From NCBI RefSeq assembly GCF_000150275.1, contig NW_002060943.1, positions 12,947,639-13,011,638 on the forward strand: a DNA stretch of 64,000 nucleotides, in the 5' to 3' direction. Within the stretch, counting starts at the first letter, position 1, and the number at the start of each line of letters is the position of its first letter. The position numbers and the translations under genes are program-made. The notes under the pieces are model-generated. The model did no database searches and was not told where the DNA came from. It saw only the letters and a program-made list of their open reading frames with translations. Source of the stretch: Trichoplax adhaerens (taxonomy: Eukaryota > Animalia > Placozoa). Shown in pieces: positions 52,601 through 64,000 of this stretch.

Positions 52601-55600
52601 TTAATATTTTTAATTTCCTTCTCACTTGACTTAGATGATAGAATAGTTAACTTACATCTCTCAAGGCATGTTGGCGTGAAATGGATACAGCATATTTACT
52701 TTGAGATCGCTTGATGTTTAAAGCTGCTAATTCTTGTTGGAAATAGGACATTTTCATGGCAAATGTGTCGCCACCCACTGAGAGAAAATGTCATAAAGTA
52801 GACAAGCGTAAAAATTTTCGAAAAAACAACAAAAACGTTTATTATTGAAAGATTATAAATGACCCCTTACTTTATGTTATTCAACCAAACTTACTAAACA
52901 TTCTCTAAGAAATTTATAGACCGTAAATGAAATGATCATGAATAAAATGGTATGCAAGTGATACTATAGATTTATTCAGTAGGACTGAAGAAGCTCTTTA
53001 CAGAATAAAGGATAGTCTACTGTAAATACCTATGCAAGCAACTAATGCCTTTACTCAATTAGATAAAACTGAATATATCTACCGTATTAATACTTAAGGT
53101 TAAGATAAACAAAGACGGTAAACTTTCATTTCTAAAATATAAAACACTACTATCGCCTTGAATAGGCGTACAAGCAAGCAATGATTATTTATATTGTTCA
53201 TCACTCTATGTGCGTGTATATTTCGTTACTGAAAAGACTCTTTAAGAATCCATCACGCTGTAACTTCTATTATCCCTCAATCAGTCAGGACTGAATATAT
53301 CCAATCATGCTTTGGATAAAACAAGCTGATAGACTTTTATTTCAATTGAATAACAATTCTGTGGCTGCCTTACCAAATTTTCTATTCAAGAAAGTTGCAT
53401 ATGTTGCCAGGAAGAGATACTTTTCCTTACACACAACGGATAACGGAGCTTGAATACCATCATCAATGACCAAAGTCTCTNNNNNNNNNNNNNNNNNNNN
53501 NNNNNNNNNNNNNNNNNNNNNNNNNNNNNNGTCACTATTTCCGAAATATAAAATACAAGTAGTTATCTTATACCACGGCTCATTTAACACAATATTTGGA
53601 TTTTTATCGGAAGGTTCCATTAATAATAGGTGACTGAGAATTAGAAATAAGTTCTATCTAGTTCTAACCTTTGTTGAAGGCAATACGCGAAATGAACACA
53701 CGTTATTGGAGAAAACTTTAAGGTAATATTCTCGGACCTTAATTTGCTAGAAGAAAGGGAAAAAGTAAAATGTAGATTCATTTCCTTACCAAATTTTAAT
53801 ATTTTAATTTGCAGTAATCTATGTTAACTTGTATTTATTTCGATAGATAATAAAGATAGATTACAATGCAGCTTGATAGATAAAGTATTGTTAAAATGTA
53901 GATAAAAATACAAATGAAATACAAGCTAGTTAGCATTGTGAATCTTTACACGATGAAATAGTTGTCTATAAACTTACTCTGGCTGAAATACTGCAGTGGA
54001 CTTTCTTCGGCTTCTTGCTAAAATCAAGGTAGCTGTTTTCCTTGCTCGCTAGTTTTGCTTCAAAGGTAACATTCATCTTTTTTCTTCCAATTTCCTTATG
54101 TAATTTGGCGCCATCAACATCTGTAATACAGGAGGAAAAGGTTAAAATTTTGCTTCCTCTTTGATAAAGCTGAATGTGATGAATTACGCCTGTGAATGAG
54201 GTTATCAAGTAATTCGAACTAAAATAGCCAAAGGGTAAATTTTAAAGTTGCTTTATAAAATTGAATCCCGTTCATGGGCTTGAATGGAATGCATTACATC
54301 CATGATTGCGGTTATGGAATAATACCACATTAGTATAGAACATTTTATGCTAATGGAGGCTAACGATAAAATTAAAGATACTTTATAAACTTGCATTTCT
54401 ACAATACCCATCTTCCAAGATGACTTATTAAGGTGAGATAGCCGATTATTCATGAAATAAATGATTTTACGGCACATACACTTCTAAAGATAAACTGTTA
54501 TTATTCCACCCATCTTACGGCCTTGAATTATTCCTTAATATTTGCGACTTAGTTCATGCTGTCTCCACGGTATCCAAAATAATTTGGTAAACTAAAGATG
54601 AGTAAATCGGTTTAGGGTAAATTTCTATCTGTATAATACGTGCAGGAGGATATCACACTAGTGCTGCCGATCTATCATTCTGAGGTAGAAATTTTGGATA
54701 CTATGAGAAATTTTTATCGTGAAAGTAGAATATTCGTGCAACTTTACGCTCAAAAATAGACGTAATTTACTTTACAATGGATAAGTTTTCTCTTCTACGG
54801 GTATTTAGAAATTTCGTAAGAATCCATAATGGCATATTCTATTTACTATAAGAATTTTATCACCAGTATATCTCGTCATCTTTGTACTTACTACTTAAAA
54901 CAACTAAAGTAAAATCGCCATTCTTTAAGATTACGGAATCATATAGAAGCTGAGCTTTATAGGCACCCTCTTCTCCAATGACTTTCGTTTCCAATTTTTG
55001 CTCACTCAAGGCTAACTCGGTGTTAGTTAGAGCAGAAGGATTCCCAATCTATTCCATAAATGAAATTGAAAAGGGGATTTAGCTTATGAAAATGAATTGA
55101 TGTTACGGTATCAAAACAAACCATATTGCTATAAATTAGTAGTGACAGTTACAAGTTGCAATATTATAGAAGCAATGCCACAGTATTTTGTTACCACTAA
55201 TGCTATATTCTATTTCGAAGGAACTTTAACGATATAAGGTACTGTAGTCTTATAAAGCAAGAGTGCTTCCTTACCTTCGTAAGCTTCAGATCAAATCGAT
55301 TTTCCATTGCTTTACAATAATTTCCAAATTTATCTCTGCAGTCAAGTTGCAAGGAATGCACAACATCACGAGTTACAACAATAATGGAGCTAGCAATGCC
55401 AATCGTCGATTGCTGAGGATCAGCAGGCCCTAAACAAGATGATTCAAAGTTAGAAACAATAATCCAATTATTTGTTCAATATTTGGATAGATACTTTATG
55501 CATTCGATCTCCACTCTTTAGGATGCTATTAAGGTAAGATAGAAGTCCCAGAGGAATGCTATTTCATTATTAGATTCATGTTACCTGCTAGAAATTCCTT

Positions 55601-58483
55601 TTGAAATGGACTATTGGAAATTTCATTTCCATCTACGCGAATATGGATTTTATATTTTCCTGCTTGATGCAATGTAAAGGAAATATTGACGATATGCGGC
55701 AGTAATCGGTTTTCGTTGATATCAGAAACGATGCCAATAGGATTTCCAAGTGGATTCAACATTTCTACTTCTAGGTTAGTTTGTGGTGTGATTGGACAGG
55801 CTTGGCCTACCAAAGATACTTGCTATTAAGGTTTAAAAAAGGAATTAGCATGAGGTCTATGTTGATACTATCTAAAGAATAAATGAGATTGTAACATATA
55901 GTATCATTTTGCTTTAGCTCGATCTTTAAGAGGAGAAGAAAGAAATTTAGAATAACTCGTGGATTATATTATCATGCTGTTACTGATTTGGTACCTACCG
56001 ATATAGAAAATTTCAAAGTGCCACCAACGACTTTTGGATCTTTCCACTGCCATGTTACATTGAAATGATTTGCAAATTTACTACGAATATTTTTTATTGC
56101 TTTGATTGGATTTAGCTTGGATACTTGTTTAGCCACATCACTGACAGTACCAACGTTATGATTTCGAAATAATAGTGCTTCAACATAGACACCAACATAA
56201 ATAATGGAATCTGCTACAAGTTTTAGATTGCGAGTGCAAATAATACGCCAGCGAAATAAAAGCGATATACCAAGAATAATAATTGTATATTGGAGGACTA
56301 AAGCAAAAAATAAAATTAAGATTAATCAATTAAATATAATGATGGTTATATTAGGTTGTGATAAAGTGATCTTCAAAACAATAAATCAAGAACTACAGTT
56401 TCTTGCAAATTTCACTTTATTATAGAAGTTAGGTTCGTCTAACTACCAAGGACTATCTGACTATCTGACAATCTACTTATTACAGCAAAATTCACGATTT
56501 ATATACGATTAGTTACAGAATGCTTTTACTGTAACAAATCTTATCTTGCCCATTAAGTCGCAAGATCAGATCTAAATTTACATATGTATAGCTATACTAC
56601 AAAGGAGCAAGCAAGCCGAAGTAAAAACACGTCTTTACTTATTTGCTATTAACCTGAAGTTTACCATTACCGCATAGAGAGCTAAGAACAATATACTTAA
56701 GACAGCTGCTCGCTTTGACAAACTTCTTATGCGAAAGCCATAGATTGACTTTTCAGATGATTACTTAAAATGGCCTATAATATCCGTACTCGTCTTATTA
56801 AAGCAAAAGTCTATCTTGAGTTATTCACTAGAATATAATCCATGCATTATAATTAAATGATGAAGAAGTAAAAGTAGGGGAAAAGAACAAGGTAGATAGC
56901 TGATTAAATTATTTCATTCTTACTTAGTGATGGTTCATGGTATTAGCTTGTAAAGAAGCTACATTGTGCGTCATGATTGCACGATAGAGAAGTTGGAAGC
57001 AGAGGAAAGAGCAAGGTAGGTTGTTGATTGAATCATTCTGTTTTTACTTAGTGACGGTTCATGCCACAAGTGTGTAAATGGGCTAAATTATACATCATGA
57101 TTGCAAGATGGAAAACTGGAAGCTGGGGAAAAGGACAAGGTATGTAGCTGATTGAGTTATTCCATTCTTAGTAATGGTTAATGGCACTAGCGTGTAAAAG
57201 GAGCTAATCTGTGCATCATGATTGCATAATGGAGAGCTGGAAGCAGGGGAAAAGGACAAGGTAGGTAGCTGATTGAGCCATTCTATTCTTAGTGATGGTT
57301 CATGGCACTAGCTTATGAAGGAGCTAATGCATACATCCTGATTGCATAATGGAAAACTAATGGTAGAGATAAATGACAAGGTAGATAGCTAATATAATTA
57401 TTGCGCATTTAGTAATGGCGCTAGCCTGTAAGGGAGCTTACTAATAGTAGCCATCCTAAGTTTTGAGTTTTAAATATGAATTTAAGTTGATATTACTCGT
57501 CACATTTAATTTTACAGTTTTCAATAAGATTAAATCAAATTATCGTTCATTTTACCTGGATAAGCAATAGAAAGAGCGTAAATGACGATCGGGCCATTCC
57601 ATATAGAACTTGCCATTTCTTCAATTTCCTCTACCAGAGATTGAATGGCTAATTTTAACTTTGCATTTTCTTGTCCGGTAACATCATGAGAGGTTAATTC
57701 GTTCAACTTTGCTTCGCTTAATTGGATCACTTTGCGGACATTATCCACTCCCATATCGAATAATTTGATAGCATAATTTTGCAGACTATAACGTTTTAGC
57801 CAATTGACAAATTTCAATCGTTCTCGTAATCTGATCACTGCTGCATTGATGCGATCAATCTTAGAATGATCTAGTTGGCTAAATGCAATATATTGGTGTA
57901 GTCGATCGAGATCAAGATTAGCACAAGCATCCAAGGATACGATTCCTAAGGTAAAAAAGTCAGCATATTCCCATTTTGATACTTATTATAGAATGAATAT
58001 CGGTCAAGTAAAGAGTGATCTAGATTAAATTGGTGACTTTAATAGAATAGGAATATCTTTTACTGAGCTGAGAGGTTAATACTATTTAAAATATCCGATA
58101 TTAGTGAATAGATAATCCTATCCAGTAACGTGAACCTCTTATTCAGTTCCATAAAGCAATAATGAAAATTCAAATGTACTAATAAAGTCTATTGGAATAT
58201 GGAATGGATAGGGTCTTGATCGGTTGGTCTATTAGATTACCTTCCTATTCAACTACTCTTCTATGCAGTATAGTGTAAGCAATCTACGTTAACCTCTTAG
58301 CTTACCTTCCATCCAAAAAGCATCTTCAAAATCGGATAATCCGTTCTCGCTAAGCCATAACGAGATGGATTGAAACTTTTCGCTGTTGATGTGATATCTC
58401 CAGTATGAAATTAGACCGATCATAGCCAAAATCAGCGTGCAGATGGTGTAAAATACCTTCCTCGCTTGATTAATACTTGCCAT
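49621..58483 (-). CDS. AREL1: Apoptosis-resistant E3 ubiquitin ligase 1 (TM/SAM-like N-terminus, filamin-type Ig repeat, HECT)
   Basis: Multi-exon gene. VTWQWKDPKVVGGTLKF, FTLHQAGKYKI, KPKKVHCSIS, TLVIDDGIQAP match AREL1 blocks. HECT: DLGGVLREWF, ELELLICG, QFVTGCSQLP, catalytic LPTAHTCFN, C-terminal EGSEGFGMS*. One exon is cut by the gap at 53481. Confidence 0.9.
53481..53530. other. Assembly gap (50 N) interrupting an AREL1 exon
   Basis: N run next to the coding sequence ETLVIDDGIQ. Confidence 1.
56870..57440. repeat. Intronic tandem repeat, ~4.5 x 123 bp
   Basis: caaggtagatagctga...ttagtgatggttcatgg...catgattgca units starting near 56881, 57006, 57129, 57251 and 57372. Confidence 0.9.
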
Positions 58484-60174
58484 GCCTGAGAATTTCCTAC
58501 AACTATATAGAAATGAATGCAGTCAATCAGTGCATACTAGAGATTACTTTACGGTCTATTTCTTTCCTAGTCTACTTTTCTTCATTGCATTTTGGAATCC
58601 AATAAATCAAGATTCCTTTTCAATTAATACTAGCATTACTTTGCAGTATGATGAATTAGCAATCAGTCTGCTTTTCTTCACTGTATTTTTAAATCAAATG
58701 AATCAGAGTTTCTTTCAATTATAAATTAAAGCGATGCTTCTAAGCCATCACTAGCAATTTAACAACGTCCGTGAAAAAGAAAGTAACCGGCATACATAGA
58801 GTGGAAGCACTTATCAAGGCCATCCGTAATCATCAATGCTCATTGATAACCTCCCTCTATGGGCTACCAAAAAAAAACTAACCGATTTATGGTGATTCGA
58901 GATTTTGTAGCATAGATACGGTATTAAAACACTCAGTAGCGGTGATAGTACTAGCAGATTTTATAAATGGGATGCTACAATTTTCTCCTCGTTACAAATT
59001 CCGATTTGTAGTAGGATGCCATCATCAGGGATGATAAAAATGCTGATTCAATCTGTCCTAAAGACAGCAACCGATATTCGGTGGTAGCATTTGAAAATTG
59101 AATCCAATGCGATACTCAAATAATTAGTAGAGCGATCATATCATCAACAATTAGCATTCATGTCGTGGTGTTGCAATAGAGAAATAGATGCCAAAATCTT
59201 TCAAAATGATTGACAAGAAAATATTTGTAGTCGCAGGCATTTAATTTTGATGAGCCTAAAGATGTAACTCTTCATTCCATACTAAATCTGTTCAAGAACG
59301 GTATATTCTATTCTAAAAGGGAAAGAAAGATACTTGAAGGAAAAATTGGGATAGTCTACTGTATTCCTAGCGAGTGATATGAACTCCATAACAAATCCAT
59401 CGTAGTTATTTTGCCATCATGGATGCAGCCTTTGCGATATCAACAACCATCTCACTCTATTTGTTCAAAAGATGAGAACGGAAATACGTTAGAAGCATCT
59501 GCAGGCTCTGTAAAATAGTATGCTAAAGGACTCCATCAATGATGATTATAATAGCCATAACTAGCAATCTCACTTTATCTGATCAGCATCAAGTCAAGAT
59601 TGCCTGTTAGATCCTGTAGAGGCCATTATGGCAGAAAAATTGTCATCTATAAATGTAACATTCATTAGCACATTTTTCTACTAAAATTAGGATAGATGAC
59701 CATAGAAGCTTAGTATGCCAATACACAATTCTTCCTGATCAATGTAAGGCAAGGGATATTATACTCATTATCGCCATTGCCTTTGGAAATGGAATGTCTC
59801 TTTTTTCTTGTCTTCATGGGTCAATGATATTGAACTAAAACCAGGTAGAGTTTATTATATATGGGCAGGATTGGAGTAATGCTCTAGTCAATGCATTTAC
59901 GTTTATTACTGGGGATAAATTTTGAATCCTTTAGCTTTTATGAAAACGTTAAGAAGTGGACTGGATTTTTTCTTTTAGTAATTCTTGATTGGATTCGTAT
60001 GTCGACATGGTGGATCATACCCAAGATGGACAGGTTAGCCTATCTGTTTGCAGCTATTCTGATATTACGGTTGAGGAAGACAAAAATTAGGGGCTGCACT
60101 CAAGAGAAAATCTTACAACAAACGTGTCGATCAACTTGCTCATTAAGAGTTTCAAGGATTTCTTAGCATGATGG

Positions 60175-61810
60175 AATGCATTTAAAAGCCATTCTAGCAA
60201 GAAAGTATCCTCAATGCAGAAAATATAAAATGATGGTATTCAAACTTTGACGGTATCGTTCATGGTAAAAATATTATTTGAAAACCCACTTATTTATGCT
60301 TTTCTTTTGCATTATTTTAGCCAGTTGTGTGGCAGTTATAAGCCATCAAAGTATAAAATCGAATGTCTTTAATCCAATGGAAACTGCTTTATCGGTTTAG
60401 GGATCATTTCTTCCATAACAACTGGAAAGATAATAACCTAATCGATTGCATTCGAACGCTTACTTTCCCATACTTTCCTCGGTCCCATTTTTACGATCGC
60501 GAAGAATCATTAAAAGTACTCGCTTATGTATCGTTATACTAATACACTAAGTCCGAACTGTAGCAAAATATCATGTCTGATAATTATAATTATAATAGGT
60601 AAGTTATAAGTTATAATAATCATAGATTACAAATTATCAGCATGTTATTGAAATACTTGTCTGTGTTGTATCTAGCAATTGAGTAAATTTCAATATCTGG
60701 ATAAGTCGACGTTGCTATGGTACAAAACGATTCGTTACTATTCTAGCTCGAAAAGGAAAGTCTTAAGACCTCTTCGGCATTGCTCCACACGATCATTCAA
60801 ATACTCTGCTAATATATCTGTAGCTCAACCTTCAAAAAAATCAATGAATAAGCCAAGCGCGAGCTGCAATTTATGAAAAGTATTACTAGTCAACCTCAAG
60901 ATCCACCACAATTTATTGGTAGCACTGGTACGGCAGTAATTAGCCATCAAAGTCCAAGATTCAATGCCTTCAGTCAAGTAGAATTTACTTTATCGCTTTA
61001 GGGATCATTTCTTCAAAGTAATCTTAAAGCGATTTATAAACTAAGAATTGTTAATTCCATATGAAAGCCCACTTTCCAATGAGGATTATTGCCACTTGTG
61101 TGACACAAATAAGCCATCAAAGTCCAGAATTGAATGCCTTCATTCAAGTGGGAATAGCTTTTTTGGCTTAATATATCAAAATCAACTACACTAAAAGCCA
61201 TATATAAATAATGCAACACCATCACTTGCATTTGAAAGCCCATTTTCCCTTGCTTTCCTCTGTCTCATATCTACCACTTATACATCAATGACAAGCTATT
61301 AAAGTGTAAAATCCAATGCTTTCCATGCTTGGAAGTTATTTTACGATTCAGCGATCAATTCTTAAAAGTATACTAAAAGCTATTCCAGAAAAAAACTGAA
61401 AAGATAAATTATTGATTGCATTTGAAAGCCTACTTTCCAATGCTTTGCTCAGCTCCATTTTTGCTACTTATGCCTCACGAATATACCATTGAATGTCTCT
61501 TGAATGTCTTCAATCAAGTGGAAATGAGCAAATTACTTTATCGAATTGCTTTATTGCGCTTATTTATTGCTTTATTTATTGCTTTATGACTGCAAAAAAA
61601 ATCATGGATTCCATGTCAAAGCTCGCTTTCTCATGCTTTCTTCAGTTCCATCTCGGCTAATTTGCGGCACTAATAAGCCATCAAAGCGCATTTGTACAGG
61701 ATTGAAAGGCCTCCAATCTAATGGAAATTGCTTTATCGGTTTTGTGATCAATTCTTTAAAATAAATTAAAAGCTATTCAAAAAAACTGTCATGATAATTG
61801 GTTCCCATTG
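60175..61810. repeat. Degenerate ~170-190-bp repeat array, possibly derived from LRR-coding sequence
   Basis: agccatcaaag at 60342, 60943, 61112 and 61677. tgcatttgaaagcc-like words at 60177, 60447, 61227 and 61417. ctttatcg-tttagggatca recurs. Confidence 0.7.
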
Positions 61811-64000
61811 CCAATGAATTGAATTGTTAAGGACTCCATGAAAAGGAGATGATGGGTTGGCTGTCGGCTTCAAAGACAAGTTGCTAACGCTTTATAAAGC
61901 CAGTAATAACATCAATGGCGGACTCAATTAAAGTTTTCAAATTAGAATCAATTAAAGTTTTTAAATTAGAATGAGCACTATACAAGACAACTGTCGCACT
62001 TATTGCTTAGCTTTTTATGTCAAAATACGCTTGATAAATGTAGTATCATGATGAAAAGGCATGTTTTCATCTTGGTCAGAGAGATGGATAGGGGCAGAGC
62101 CAATGTTTATCATGTCTATGTACCCTACACCAAGGTTATTAGCCAAAACTCAAGTTCATTTAGGAAATAAACTTGATATAGTTATAATTGCATAGCATGA
62201 ATACGGTAGGATTTGGGGGTATGGTAGTCGATTTGAATACACCATCGTTGATTTGTTTATCTTTGCTTACATAAAAAATAACCAGCGGAACTCAAAGTTA
62301 ATTTAAAAAATAATTCACTCTATATGAGAAATACGAGCAATGTATGGAGAGAAATCCATGTCTCTTTTTGGGTAGTGTTTTTCTTGTCGATGGTTGATTT
62401 GAAGAGATTAGAACCGACTAATTTAACCTTACTGGCACACATTTATTAGTGGGAACTCAAATCTGATTTTAGAAATGATCAACTTCATTCATAGTCCATT
62501 GCAGGATAGACAAATATATAGCTTATGGATTGAACTTTTTTTATGGTAGCCATTTTAATACGCTCTCCTTCACGCATTTATCCTTGTTGACACCCCCCCC
62601 CCAGGAAAAATTAAAAAAACACTTAGAAGAAATGTGCATTTTAGAGATCATTGAAATAACTCTACCAATACCCTTTTGGTAGGACATGCATCGGACTTTC
62701 GGCTTTGGTCTTCCAAGGATAGATGTCAATGTCTATTCAATATTATGAATCGTATTTTGCCATGCCATCATAGCTTTCAAAACACGAAGGTTATGGCTAA
62801 CACAAAATAACTAATCAGCAGAAACGACACTCTAATTTGGATATTGATCAGTGCCCTCTATTTTGTAGGATAGATAAACGTGTCTATTTGTAGCCGTTAG
62901 CAGAGTAAACTATACATTATAATTCAAAGAATTGGAGTAATTGAAGGACATTTAGGCGGCCATAAGTATTCTCTAAAGATAGTATTATGTCATCGTAGCT
63001 TGTCCTATACTAGAACTCGCGCTATCATTCTTGCTAACAGATATACCCCCCCCCCCAAAAAAATAATAATCTGCGTAAAACTAGAGTTGGCTTTAAACCT
63101 TGATTATAATTATTATTCTATTTGTAGGATAGACATATATGTAAATCAAAAACATCCATCAAGGTAAGTTAGCGATTGCTAATTGATACACACTAATGAG
63201 AAATAGTGACCACCAATCGTACCTTTCATGTGGCAGCAGCTTTTAACGCACTAAAACTCACGTTCTCATCAGTGCATGCATAAAAAATGATCAACTCAAA
63301 TCAAAGTGAAATTTTACAAAAGGAAAACTGCGTAAATACCCCATTTGGAGGACACGCCTCAGGGATAGAATTTATCATACTAATCCATTTCAGTATACTC
63401 TAACTCATGCTCTCATTTTTGTTGACCGGCGAAATAATCAAGGGAAATTCAAAATTTCTATTCCAAATCAACTTTAGTAGTAGTGACAATATGGAGGAAA
63501 TGCTTGCAGGATAGACGTAAGTAGAAAAGTATGAAAGGGGGCTTTATTTTCGTCATTGGATAGGATGAATGATAGACCCTTTGACTAAAATGGCAGGTTA
63601 AACTAAATCAGCATTAAATTATGCATGGTATGGCAAGACTCGACTTGATCAAATTGGCAGTAAAAACAGCACATGAAGAGAAATTATTCTACTTCACGAG
63701 TACATGGCTGCTTTTCACTGTATAGTAATTCAGCTTTTATACCAATACTATCGGATTCAATCACAACCTAATGATGCCGTTACAAGAGCAAAACAACTTA
63801 CCGTTATCCCTAACGAATAGCTGGCAATGGAAAAGGCTGTCAGCCTTGAATATCAATGTTGGCTGAAATAGTCGAAATGAGCACAGGCCAACTTTTTTTT
63901 CAGTGCAATAAGCAGATGATCAATGGCCGCTTAACTACCTTCTATGATCTTTTATTATAAGTTGTATGTCGGAATAATATGCAACTCTTCATGGTGTTTT

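Noticed and set aside
56870-57440. CRISPR-like or transposon interpretation of the regular repeats
   Set aside because: Whole units are homologous with no unique spacers. The context is a eukaryotic intron, and I saw no cas or transposase gene.
57929-57940. GTATCCTTG on the minus strand resembling a U12 donor in AREL1
   Set aside because: It lies 5 nt inside an exon and reads in frame as I-V-S-L-D. It is coding sequence.

Overview
AT-rich, intron-containing animal DNA; there is no sign of prokaryotic features. Short GT-AG introns, an array of intronless orphan GPCRs and NPHP3/kinesin-light-chain-type TPR relics suggest a placozoan (Trichoplax-like), which is an inference. The left part (1-15 kb) is a fast-evolving zone with three tandem 960-bp class A GPCR genes (the middle one carries Q50*), decayed TPR fragments and a disrupted ZU5 gene with an HFS motif. 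Conserved genes follow, rebuilt by hand from splice sites: a 17-exon ornithine decarboxylase-family gene, aprataxin (HIT-ZnF only), HTD2-like MaoC dehydratase, LRRC74-like LRR/EF-hand gene, ARL2 (U12-type intron 1), RPS6KC1 pseudokinase and AREL1 HECT ligase with extra SAM-like domains. There are several tandem repeats of about 110-190 bp and two 50-N gaps. The best candidate for something new is the ODC paralogue. It keeps the PLP-binding residues but has lost catalytic C360 and the ornithine-binding D332/D361, so it may be an antizyme-inhibitor-like protein or a decarboxylase with a new substrate.
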